A stretch of DNA of 63,717 nucleotides, filler included. It is 4 parts of 4 records of this genome, joined end to end, with 100 filler letters (N's around TTAATTAATTAA, not from the genome) between each part and the next. Parts side by side here need not be neighbours in the genome. Positions count along the whole stretch, not along the records: positions 17,161 to 26,238 come from SRR22947725_9024; positions 26,339 to 49,720 come from SRR22947725_9041; 2 more parts are not named here. The stretch is one strand, 5' to 3'. Position 1 is the stretch's first letter. Every line of letters starts with the position of its first letter. Both the position numbers and the translations under genes were made by a program. Below, one piece after another: positions 20,412 through 29,207 of this stretch. The notes beneath the pieces are model-generated. The model was not told the DNA's origin and ran no database searches. It saw only the letters and a program-made list of their open reading frames with translations.

Positions 20412-21089
20412 ATGGTAATTTACTTAATTTTATTTTTATTGTTATCTATAACACCCATGATTTGGCTTAATTATGTATTTAGCAAAAATGATAAGATATT
20501 AATTAACATGCCGTTTAATGGACTTCAATTTGGGCAAATGATTATTGATGAAAAAGGACTTCAAGGTGTTAAAATAGAAAAATCACTTTCAGTAGATCAC
20601 TACGATCTAAAAGAAAGGAAGGTTAGAGTTTCAGAAGATAGGCTTTCAAAAAAAAGCCTTACAGCTATATCTATAGTTTGCCATGAAATTGGTCACGCAA
20701 TTCAGCATCAAGAAAAATATAAACCCCTAGAACAAAGAACTACTTTAGTAAAAAATACAGCATGGATTTCACAGTTAGGTAGCGCAATTTTAATGATGGG
20801 TATTCCTACAATCTTAGCTACAGGGTCTTATCCCCTTATTAAAATCTGTCTTATTCTAGCTTTTATTTCTTTGTTAATTGGTATTTTTATTCACGTTATT
20901 ACACTTGAGGTAGAAATGGATGCAAGCTTTAACAAAGCCTTACCAATCATAATTGAAAAAGTTCCATCTGAGTATCATGATGCGTGTAGATCCATACTCA
21001 AAGCTGCAGCTTTTACATATGTTATTGGTGTCATAAGGAACTTTGTATCCATAAGGTTTATTTGGTTACTATTATCAAGAATTAGGTAA
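20412..21089 (+). CDS. Membrane neutral zinc metallopeptidase (YugP/Zn_peptidase_2-like)
   Basis: DHYD, HEIGHAIQH, TLEVEMDAS and LKAAAFTYV motifs. Confidence 0.88.
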   Translation: MVIYLILFLLLSITPMIWLNYVFSKNDKILINMPFNGLQFGQMIIDEKGLQGVKIEKSLSVDHYDLKERKVRVSEDRLSKKSLTAISIVCHEIGHAIQHQEKYKPLEQRTTLVKNTAWISQLGSAILMMGIPTILATGSYPLIKICLILAFISLLIGIFIHVITLEVEMDASFNKALPIIIEKVPSEYHDACRSILKAAAFTYVIGVIRNFVSIRFIWLLLSRIR

Positions 21090-21093
21090 AGTT

Positions 21094-21288
21094 ATGACTA
21101 ACAAAAAACAAAAATATATTATAATTTTATCTGTTGATAATAGAGAATGGAATAGCCAACCAATAGAAGGTCAATTAGGTGAATTACAGAAAATTATTGA
21201 TGAGGCCTTGGAACAACATAGAATTTCTAGGTTTTTTACAATAAGACCACAAAAAGTTGAGTTTAAAAGAGCTACGCTACTTAGTTAA
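21094..21288 (+). CDS. Hypothetical 64-aa protein
   Basis: Starts 4 nt after the peptidase stop; codon style matches neighbours. Confidence 0.6.
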   Translation: MTNKKQKYIIILSVDNREWNSQPIEGQLGELQKIIDEALEQHRISRFFTIRPQKVEFKRATLLS

Positions 21289-21303
21289 ATAAAATTTAAT
21301 ATG

Positions 21304-21846
21304 TTAATTTGAAAATTGAATTTCTTTTACAAAAATACTCGCTAGATGGTCCCTTCCAAAGGCGACGATTGCTATGGATGTAATATTTTTTGGTTTTATT
21401 TTTTTTGATATAAAAGAACTTGATCGTTTAAAATTTTCGATTGCCAACTTATAAAATTTGAAAGTTTCATTAACTTTAAAATTCATTGAATAATATTGCC
21501 ATGGAAGGAAAGTTCCCTTGGTTCTAATATGCAAAAAGTAATTTTGATTATTACCTTTTGCTTCAATATGTATATATTTTGCTTCTTCTAAATTAACATT
21601 TCTCAAATCACTTCTGATTTGAATGAAGCCCCCTCTATTTTTTGTTGAAACATTCCCTTTTAAATTTACATAACTATTATTTTTTCTATTAATAAATTTA
21701 ACTTCTCCAGTTGAAATCCCTCCCATTACTTGATCTGTTATCAATTTCCAATTTTCACGGCTTGTGAAATTATCTTTAAAAATAATATCGCCAAAAGTTT
21801 CTGAGGTCATAACAAATAAAATTAATATAAACTTTAACAAATACAT
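21304..21846 (-). CDS. CIA30 (complex I intermediate-associated) family protein with signal peptide
   Basis: WKLITDQVMGGISTG and GNVSTKNRGGFIQIR motifs. Confidence 0.88.
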   Translation of the reverse strand: MYLLKFILILFVMTSETFGDIIFKDNFTSRENWKLITDQVMGGISTGEVKFINRKNNSYVNLKGNVSTKNRGGFIQIRSDLRNVNLEEAKYIHIEAKGNNQNYFLHIRTKGTFLPWQYYSMNFKVNETFKFYKLAIENFKRSSSFISKKIKPKNITSIAIVAFGRDHLASIFVKEIQFSN

Positions 21847-21933
21847 TTGAAATATCTTTCATTAATATAAAAGGATACTTTCGCTTTAATTTTAAAATAT
21901 TCTTTTATAAGCTTAACAAATAAGGAGAGTTTT

Positions 21934-22101
21934 ATGAACAAGCAATTTATAGGTTGGGCAATTATTAGTTTGTGTTTGTTATGGGGGATAATAAGAAGCC
22001 TGAATTTGGCAGAAGCTAATTTTGTTCTAAATTTTTTTGCTATTGGTGGATTTTGCTATGGCGTATATCTTACTAAAGATCCAAACGAAAAAGAAAGTTA
22101 G
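21934..22101 (+). CDS. 55-aa two-TM microprotein B (below the ORF-track cutoff)
   Basis: Strong RBS TAAGGAG; MNKQFIGWAIISLCLLWGIIRSLNLAEANFVLNFFAIGGFCYGVYLTKDPNEKES; paralog of 20075-20248. Confidence 0.8.
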   Translation: MNKQFIGWAIISLCLLWGIIRSLNLAEANFVLNFFAIGGFCYGVYLTKDPNEKES

Positions 22102-22157
22102 TCTATTAGTGATAATTAAACATAAATTATAAAGTTGATATTATAAAAAAAAATAAA

Positions 22158-22319
22158 ATGAATAAAAAAAATTACCCTCAAGAAATTGAATATAATGAAT
22201 GGTTAAAAAGACAAAACTATTTTCTAAATGAGAATAATAAAGATCTAAAAAAAAAATTAGCTGAAGCAGATGAATATATAAAATATTTGTTAGATAAGCT
22301 GGAGTTGTTAAATAAATAA
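22158..22319 (+). CDS. 53-aa putative coiled-coil microprotein
   Basis: MNKKNYPQEIEYNEWLKRQNYFLNENNKDLKKKLAEADEYIKYLLDKLELLNK; heptad leucines; no clear RBS. Confidence 0.5.
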   Translation: MNKKNYPQEIEYNEWLKRQNYFLNENNKDLKKKLAEADEYIKYLLDKLELLNK

Positions 22320-22384
22320 TTATATTATATTTGAGTGGATTTAAGAAAAATATTTTACGAATTAAATTTTAAAAAGGAAAAAAA

Positions 22385-22765
22385 ATGGCCTTAGAAAATA
22401 TCCTTATATTATCTTTTTTATTAGTTATGATTCAGCTAACTATCCCTATGTTAATTGAGCTTTTAACTAAAAATACTAATTTAAAATACTTTCTTTCTTC
22501 AAGAGACGAAAACACAAAGATATCAGCTCATGCACAACGAGCAAACAGAGCATTAAAAAATTTATTAGAAACATTTCCAATTTTTATAGGATTAGCCATT
22601 TTATCTTTAATTAAAGATGTTGATAATTCTTCTATCGCGTTATTCTGGCTAACATTTAGGATAATATATGTTCCCGTATATGTTTTGGGAATTAATTACA
22701 TAAGAACAGGTATATGGGCAGCATCTTTAATTTGTTTGATTTTAATGGGACTAAAATTTATATAA
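22385..22765 (+). CDS. MAPEG family membrane protein
   Basis: RANRALKNLLETFPIF and RIIYVPVY motifs; 4 TMs; AAGGA RBS. Confidence 0.88.
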   Translation: MALENILILSFLLVMIQLTIPMLIELLTKNTNLKYFLSSRDENTKISAHAQRANRALKNLLETFPIFIGLAILSLIKDVDNSSIALFWLTFRIIYVPVYVLGINYIRTGIWAASLICLILMGLKFI

Positions 22766-23011
22766 AAAAATTTTAATAAGAGTTAATTATAAAATCACAT
22801 CTATACACAATTTCTTTTGGAAATAAAAAATTAAGTATAGCTTTATGCTTTGATAGATATTTAAGTACATTTATCAAATACCGATCACTATCATGCCTAT
22901 AAATACATATAACTTAATTTTTTTTAAAACGGATTTTGTATTGTTGTAAATTATATTAAGATTTTCAGGTTATACAATGTGAAATGATCAAAAAATTAAA
23001 TTGAGGCATAA

Positions 23012-23986
23012 ATGGGAAAAGCAATTGTTTTAAGAAAATATGGAGATACTGATCAACTGAAATTAGAAGACATAGAAGTTAAGAAACCAAATAAAGACGA
23101 ACTTCTATTAAAACAAACCGCAATTGCTGTTCATTTTCATGATATCTACGTAAGGACTGGGCTTTACAAGACTTTGACTTTACCTGGCATCCCAGGTTTA
23201 GAAGCCGTAGGCGTTGTGGAAGAAATTGGTAAAGATGTTTCTGATTTTTCTCCCGGAGACAAGGTTGGCTATATTGACAGAAATTACGGGGCATACGCCA
23301 CTCATAGAGTAATAAAGAAAAAATTATGTTTTAAAGTTCCTGATTTCATATCTGATGAAATAATTGCGACAAACTTTTCTCGAGCTATCACAGTCCAAAT
23401 GTTAATGGAAATGGTAACACAAGTTAAAGCTTCTGATACTATATTAATAACAGCTGTTACGGGTGGTGTGGGTAAAATTTTTGCACAGTGGGCAAAATCT
23501 AAAGGAGTCCGAGTAATAGGAACCGTTGGAAGTAAAGAAAAGGAAGTTTTAGGAAAATCATTTGGTTGTGATTATACACTGACATATGATCAACCTAATT
23601 TTATAGATGAAATATTAGATATAACAAACGGTAAAGGTGTAGATAAGGTTTTTGATTCTGTTGGGAAAGATACTTTTAAAAACTCCCTAAAGAGTGTTAG
23701 TACTTGTGGTCATATTATAAATTTTGGGCAGTCCTCTGGCCCTATAGACCCAATAGAAATGTCCTTGCTTGCAAATAAATCACTTACAATTTCAAGGCCA
23801 ATAATTTTTGATTATATCTTAGAAAAAGAAACTTATAATAAAATGGCACAATCTGTATTTAATGCATTTAAAAATGGAAACATAAAAATACCAACATTAA
23901 CTCCTTTTAACCTTCAGGATGCTAATTTAGCTCATGACATGCTAGAATCTAGAAAAGGTGGAGGGAGTATTTTTTTAAAAACTTAA
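23012..23986 (+). CDS. qor: NADPH:quinone oxidoreductase (zeta-crystallin/MDR family)
   Basis: DIYVRTGLY, PGLEAVGVVE, TGGVG, VFDSVGKDT and FGQSSG motifs. Confidence 0.88.
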   Translation: MGKAIVLRKYGDTDQLKLEDIEVKKPNKDELLLKQTAIAVHFHDIYVRTGLYKTLTLPGIPGLEAVGVVEEIGKDVSDFSPGDKVGYIDRNYGAYATHRVIKKKLCFKVPDFISDEIIATNFSRAITVQMLMEMVTQVKASDTILITAVTGGVGKIFAQWAKSKGVRVIGTVGSKEKEVLGKSFGCDYTLTYDQPNFIDEILDITNGKGVDKVFDSVGKDTFKNSLKSVSTCGHIINFGQSSGPIDPIEMSLLANKSLTISRPIIFDYILEKETYNKMAQSVFNAFKNGNIKIPTLTPFNLQDANLAHDMLESRKGGGSIFLKT

Positions 23987-24008
23987 AATAATTTAAAGGC
24001 CTATTGTA

Positions 24009-24896
24009 ATGAAAGATAAAATAGTATGGAAATTCCCTAACGCAATTGTTAGCTGTGAATGGTTATCTAAAAATTTAAATAATAAAAATATTAGAATATA
24101 TGATTGTACCACTTATTTACACTACAGAGATAATGACCCATCTTTACCCTATTTAGTAGAGAGTGGAAGGAAAAAATACGAAACAAGTCATATACCTCAT
24201 TCTAGTTATATAGACTTGCAATCCGATTTATCAGATAATAGTAGTCCGTATAGATTCACAATGCCTAATTTAAAAGTCTTATCAGAAAATTTTAAAAAAC
24301 TTGGGATTGGAGAAAATTTTCATATCATTTTATACTCAAGAAATGGAACACAATGGTCTGCCCGCATATGGTGGATGCTTAGATCAGTAGGTGTAGATAA
24401 TGTAAGCATTCTTGATGGAGGCTTTAATGAATGGATAAGAATGGGATTACCTACAACTGATAAATTCTTAGAATTTCCAGAAGCAGATTTCACCTTTAAA
24501 CCAAGAGATAATATTTTTGTAGGCAAGGAAACTATAATTGAATCTTTAGAAGATAAAAACACAAAAATACTGAATTCATTAACAGAAGACATACATAAAG
24601 GTCAAAACCCAAGATATGGTCGCCCCGGAAGAATTCCAAATAGTCTTAATATCCCCTTTCACAGATTACTAGACCCTAAAACAGGTAAGTTTTTACAAAT
24701 AGAAGAACTATCAAAAATTTTTCAACAAAATAATATTAGATGTGAAAATAATGTCATTAATTACTGCGGAGGAGGAATAGCTGCCTCTCTTGAAGCATTT
24801 GTCTTATATCAACTTGGTTATAAAAATTTAACAATATATGACAACTCCCTCAGTGAATGGGCTACAGATGATGGCCTACCAATGGAGATAGACTAA
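24009..24896 (+). CDS. Tandem-domain sulfurtransferase (rhodanese/3-mercaptopyruvate sulfurtransferase-like)
   Basis: HIP, RIWWML, LDGG, GRIP, active-site loop YCGGGIAA, YDNSLSEW. Confidence 0.92.
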   Translation: MKDKIVWKFPNAIVSCEWLSKNLNNKNIRIYDCTTYLHYRDNDPSLPYLVESGRKKYETSHIPHSSYIDLQSDLSDNSSPYRFTMPNLKVLSENFKKLGIGENFHIILYSRNGTQWSARIWWMLRSVGVDNVSILDGGFNEWIRMGLPTTDKFLEFPEADFTFKPRDNIFVGKETIIESLEDKNTKILNSLTEDIHKGQNPRYGRPGRIPNSLNIPFHRLLDPKTGKFLQIEELSKIFQQNNIRCENNVINYCGGGIAASLEAFVLYQLGYKNLTIYDNSLSEWATDDGLPMEID

Positions 24897-24899
24897 ACC

Positions 24900-25484
24900 T
24901 TGCTTAAATGTTCTTTTATTGAAGGCGCAATCTTACATAGATTAAAATACGGTAAAGGTAGAGGCCAAAACCTTGCCAAAGCGGTTGGAATGAAATCCAA
25001 TAAAAATAGAACCATAGTAGATGCAACAGCTGGATTGGGATACGACTCATTTATTTTAGCGTCGCTGGGCGCAAACGTTACTTTAATAGAGCGTTCGGAA
25101 AAAATTCATAAATTACTGCAAGAAGGAATAAATGAGGCAAAAGAGTATGGTGGGCATATTAGTTCAATAGTAAATAGAATGGATTTAATTTTTGGAGACT
25201 CAAAAATTATAATACCAAAATTATCACCAGAAGTAATTTTAGTTGATACTATGTACAATGAGAGAAAAAAATCTGCTCTTGTAAAAAATAATATGAGACT
25301 TGTTCGAGAAATCGTTGGTTCAGATTTAGATCAAATTGAATTAATTAAAATTGCATTAGAATGTACAAAAAATAGAGTTGTAGTTAAACAACCTAGATAT
25401 GCAGAACCTAATGATGAAATCAGAAAATATTCACATCAAATCTTAGGGAAAACCGTTAGGTATGATGTTTATATGAAAGTATAA
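24900..25484 (+). CDS. rsmJ: 16S rRNA m2G1516 methyltransferase (short form)
   Basis: LAKAVG, VDATAGLGYDSFILASLG and RVVVKQP motifs; TTG start. Confidence 0.82.
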   Translation: MLKCSFIEGAILHRLKYGKGRGQNLAKAVGMKSNKNRTIVDATAGLGYDSFILASLGANVTLIERSEKIHKLLQEGINEAKEYGGHISSIVNRMDLIFGDSKIIIPKLSPEVILVDTMYNERKKSALVKNNMRLVREIVGSDLDQIELIKIALECTKNRVVVKQPRYAEPNDEIRKYSHQILGKTVRYDVYMKV

Positions 25485-25519
25485 ATTTAATAAATATTTT
25501 TTAGGTCGTACTACTATGT

Positions 25520-26238
25520 ATGGTCTTAATTTTTATAAAATTATTTATTTTTATTTATTTGGGTTTTAGTATTTTTGCCGATTACTCAGCCTATGCAACT
25601 TGTACAGAAACTTCAAATTGTGGTTCAGATAGTGGCCAAGCTTCAATTTTTCCTGACATAACTACAGGAGAAGCTAATTATAATACAGCTCATGGATATC
25701 ATAGTGCTGGAATGGACATAACCACCGGTGATGCAAATACAGTTTTAGGTTATGAAGCCGGCAAGATAATAAATACTGGTAGTTATAATACTGCGATAGG
25801 CTCAGACAGCCTCTCATCTCTTACGGTAGGAAATAATAACACAGCTATTGGATATAATTCTGGTTCTAACAATTCATCAGGTTCAGGAAATATATTTATA
25901 GGTTATGAAGCAGGACCAGCTTCAGGAGATGTTTCTAATCAACTATATATAGCTAACAGTTCCAGTAATACCCCGTTAATCCATGGTGATTTCTCAACTA
26001 ATACAGTAACTATTAATGACGATTTGGTTATCAACGGTTCTTTTTCAGGAAGTAATTATTCAATAGATAGTAATGGAAATGCATCAGGGCTTGGCACATT
26101 AAGCTCTGGTACTATTTCTAGTTCAGGTAACATTTCAGCAAGCGGTTCTTTTATTATAGGCAATGCTAATATAGGAGAAAATGAATTAGAAGTGATAGAT
26201 GACATAACCGCTGGAACTGTTTCTGCTAACAAAGCTAT
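25520..26238 (+). CDS. Secreted beta-solenoid repeat protein (adhesin/trimeric autotransporter or tail-fibre-like), 3'-truncated
   Basis: Signal peptide; five approximately 14-aa repeats (YNTAHGY, ANTVLGY, YNTAIGS, NNTAIGY, GNIFIGY); NQLYIAN...PLIHGDF; Gly/Ser/Asn-rich. Confidence 0.65.
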
Positions 26239-26338
26239 NNNNNNNNNNNNNNNNNNNNNNNNNNNNNNNNNNNNNNNNNNNNTTAATTAATTAANNNNNN
26301 NNNNNNNNNNNNNNNNNNNNNNNNNNNNNNNNNNNNNN
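26239..26338. other. Artificial contig spacer
   Basis: N44-TTAATTAATTAA-N44. Confidence 0.99.
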
Positions 26339-26481
26339 CAACACGTATCAGATCGTTTACACGGGTAATTCTGATATTGCTATGGATGGGGCTGGGGTTA
26401 GGTGAGCCAAGGGATGATCGTATGGATTCGACACAACGTACAACTACAACTCATTCAAGACCCACATTCTACATCAAAAAC

Positions 26482-26524
26482 GGCACACAAAATGGTACAC
26501 AAATATAATAAAAGTGGTACACAA
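26482..26524. repeat. Three direct repeats GG(T/C)ACACAA, integrase arm-site-like
   Basis: Copies at 26482, 26494 and 26516, about 55 bp beyond the tRNA-Leu 3' end. Confidence 0.65.
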
Positions 26525-26578
26525 GCACATCAGCCAGCACTCAAAAAGCCCATACTATTATGTATATCTGTAGACTGG

Positions 26579-26664
26579 TGGTACCCGCGGCCGGACTCGA
26601 ACCGGCACGGCCGTTAAGCCTGAGGATTTTAAGTCCTCTATGTCTACCATTCCATCACGCGGGC
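26579..26664 (-). tRNA. tRNA-Leu(TAA)
   Basis: 86 nt; anticodon arm GAGGA-CTTAAAA-TCCTC, long variable arm, GTTCGAGT, CCA end. Confidence 0.96.
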
Positions 26665-26711
26665 ATAGCGGCGAACATAGGCAAAATGCTGGGCGTGTAA
26701 AGGCAGATTAT

Positions 26712-27251
26712 CTATAAATCCGTGCCCAAATTCGGGATCAAATCCCGATCTGCGGTGAAAGGGTTTAAAGCCATCTCTTTTCGAAATTCAATTTCTGCCA
26801 ACTCTGGCTGTCCAAGTGCCAAATGGGTCAGCCCTTTGCCCGACAATGCCCCGAGATGGCGCGGCTGGATCGAGAGGGCCCGTGCCAAATCTGGCAAGGC
26901 CCCTTCGAAGTTCCCGGCCAGATAGCGCGCAAAGGCGCGTTGATTGTAACCCTCGGCGTAATCGGGACAATACTTAATGAGAACGCTCAAAAATCCCTCA
27001 GCGGCCGCCAAGTCGCCCAAGCGGAGGTTCATCATCCCCCGGTTGAGCAGACGTTGCGCCCGATTGTCCGGTGCACGGGTCCACAAGCTCCAAAGGACAT
27101 CCGTGGCCACTTGCGCATCTCGGGGGAATTTCGCAAATTTGAGACTACGATAGGCCTCATCAAGCTCCTCAGAAATCGCTGGATTCTTTGGGCATTGGGC
27201 CAAGGCGCCTGTTGTGAAGGCGGTGAATATAAGAATGATGAAAACACGCAT
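26712..27251 (-). CDS. Exported tetratricopeptide-repeat protein
   Basis: Signal peptide; TPR pattern PDYAEGYNQRAFARYLAG...ALSIQPRHLGALSGKG. Confidence 0.85.
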   Translation of the reverse strand: MRVFIILIFTAFTTGALAQCPKNPAISEELDEAYRSLKFAKFPRDAQVATDVLWSLWTRAPDNRAQRLLNRGMMNLRLGDLAAAEGFLSVLIKYCPDYAEGYNQRAFARYLAGNFEGALPDLARALSIQPRHLGALSGKGLTHLALGQPELAEIEFRKEMALNPFTADRDLIPNLGTDL

Positions 27252-27355
27252 AGGCGCAAAGCGGCCATCTGTAAAGCATGGAGCCTGTTTTGTGGCGCGG
27301 GAGCAAACACTATGGATTGAAGCAGTGACCTATGGCATGGCCAAGCCGCCCTGTG

Positions 27356-28147
27356 TCAGCTGCCCTTGCGGATGATCTTGCAAAAAGACGCGAAGACTTG
27401 ATCATTCGCGGCAATTACCGTTCCATCTTGCAACACGTCACCACCCGGTTGAATGGCCTCGGAAAATCCGCCCGCTTCTTTAACAATGACCATCCCAGCA
27501 GCGACATCCCAAAGCTGCAAGCGGCGGCCCCAAAATCCATCCACACGGCCGGCGGCCACATAGGCCATGTCCAGAGCGGCAGCGCCAAGGTTGCGCACGC
27601 CAGATGAGACCGGTAAAAGCTGCGCCAGATCGGTCAAGGCTTGCGGCAAGTCCGAGCGACCCGCGCTCGGCAGGCCTGTGGCAAAGACACAGTCAGACAG
27701 GCTGCGACGCCCAGAAACCCGCATACGGGTCTCATTCATCCAAGCACCCTGGCCTTTTTCCGCGAAAAAACATTCGTCTTGCGCGGCATCATATATCACG
27801 CCGGCAATAATCTCACCCTTATGCTCCAAAGCAATCGTCACCGCATAATGCGGCATGCCGTGTTGGAAGTTGGTAACACCGACCATTGCATCGACAATCC
27901 AGCGGCGGGTCGGATCTTTGCCTTCGATTTCAGAACTTTCAGCGGCCAAGTACCCATAGGTCGGACGGGCCGCAAGCAGCTCTTCTTTCACCACTTTATC
28001 CGCATGCATATCCGCGCGGGCGACAAAATCACTGGCGCCTGTGACCGAGACTTGCAAATTGGCCACCTCGCGAAAATCTTTCGCCAAGGCGCGTCCAGCT
28101 TTGCGCGCTGTCGCGATCATTACGTTCATATTTGCGCTTTGTACCAT
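27356..28147 (-). CDS. suhB: Inositol monophosphatase family protein SuhB with degenerate active site
   Basis: Full-length alphaproteobacterial SuhB pattern (ARKAGRAL.KDFREV.NLQVS, GAAALDMAYVAAGR, WDVAAG), but DPLDGT reads DAMVGV. Confidence 0.88.
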   Translation of the reverse strand: MVQSANMNVMIATARKAGRALAKDFREVANLQVSVTGASDFVARADMHADKVVKEELLAARPTYGYLAAESSEIEGKDPTRRWIVDAMVGVTNFQHGMPHYAVTIALEHKGEIIAGVIYDAAQDECFFAEKGQGAWMNETRMRVSGRRSLSDCVFATGLPSAGRSDLPQALTDLAQLLPVSSGVRNLGAAALDMAYVAAGRVDGFWGRRLQLWDVAAGMVIVKEAGGFSEAIQPGGDVLQDGTVIAANDQVFASFCKIIRKGS

Positions 28148-28205
28148 GGTGATGCTCCTGCAGATCAGGCTGGGCTATACGCCGCCGGAGCCAGCTTGCC
28201 AAGGC

Positions 28206-29111
28206 CTAGCTGCGTTGCAATTTCACCGGCTCGCTGCGGGCAAGTTTGAGCAGATGCGCCATGAAGGGTTTTGTTGTGTCTTCTCGGCGGGTTGCAGCGT
28301 AGAGCCGGCGCGTGAGCCCCTGCTCGGTCAGCGGTCGGGTCACATAATCGGAATTATACCTCACCTCGCGCACAACCCAATCAGGCAGCACCGCAACGCC
28401 GCGGTTCGAGGCCACCAAAAGTAATATCACAGCGGTCAGCTCCACCTGACGCACCGCGCGCGGCTCGACCTTAGCGGGCATGAGAAGCTGCGAGAAGACA
28501 TCCAGGCGCGCCCGATCTACTGGATAGGTGATCAAGATCTCATCGCGAAAGTCTTGCGCCTCAATCCAAGGTTTTTGCGCCAAAGCATGTTGGCTGGAGG
28601 CAACAAACACAGGTTCGTAGTCAAACAGTGGTGAGAATTCGAGATCGGGATGCTCTTCTGGGTCGGAGGAGACCACCAAATCCACCTCCTCACGCGCCAG
28701 AGCCGGCAAAGCATCAAAGGCCAGACCCGGGCGGATATCGACATCTACGTCAGGCCAGGCCTTGCGGAAGGCCTCCAGAACCGGAAACAGCCATTCGAAA
28801 CAAGCATGGCATTCAATGGCGATATGCAACCGGCCTGACTTGCCCGACAACAAGCTGCGAAATTCCTCTTCGGTGGCCTCAACCTCTGGCAGCACCCGAT
28901 TGGCAAGCTTCAGCAGCCGCTGCCCGGCCGCCGACAATTTCAGCGGTTTGGTGCGCCGCACAAAAAGATCAACGCCCGCCTGATCCTCAAGCCCTTTGAT
29001 CTGATGTGACAGGGCCGATTGTGTGAGATTGAGCATATCGGCCGCGCGCGACAGCCCACCGCATTTGTCAATGGCGCGGATGGCACGGAGGTGGCGCAGA
29101 TCAAAGTGCAT
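28206..29111 (-). CDS. metR: LysR-family regulator MetR
   Basis: HTH LTQSALSHQIK and the MetR-specific GRLHIAIECHACFEWL; divergent from metF. Confidence 0.92.
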   Translation of the reverse strand: MHFDLRHLRAIRAIDKCGGLSRAADMLNLTQSALSHQIKGLEDQAGVDLFVRRTKPLKLSAAGQRLLKLANRVLPEVEATEEEFRSLLSGKSGRLHIAIECHACFEWLFPVLEAFRKAWPDVDVDIRPGLAFDALPALAREEVDLVVSSDPEEHPDLEFSPLFDYEPVFVASSQHALAQKPWIEAQDFRDEILITYPVDRARLDVFSQLLMPAKVEPRAVRQVELTAVILLLVASNRGVAVLPDWVVREVRYNSDYVTRPLTEQGLTRRLYAATRREDTTKPFMAHLLKLARSEPVKLQRS

Positions 29112-29143
29112 TCGGAAAATTCCTCATAACGAAATTGAATTTT

Positions 29144-29158
29144 ATGAATTTGATTAAT
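29144..29158. promoter_or_regulatory. Putative MetR box
   Basis: TGAA-TTTGA-TTAA is one mismatch from TGAA-N5-TTCA and lies in the AT-rich metR/metF intergenic region. Confidence 0.5.
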
Positions 29159-29207
29159 CATAACCCCTCTGGCACTGTCAATACAAGCCAGCTTCAATGA
29201 GGATAGA

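Noticed and set aside
26568..26575. CTGTAGAC next to tRNA-Leu, matching the repeat near tRNA-Arg
   Set aside because: Different organism, different position and orientation relative to the tRNA, and only 8 bp.
26402..26617. 71-aa ORF
   Set aside because: Runs through the att-like repeats and antisense into tRNA-Leu.
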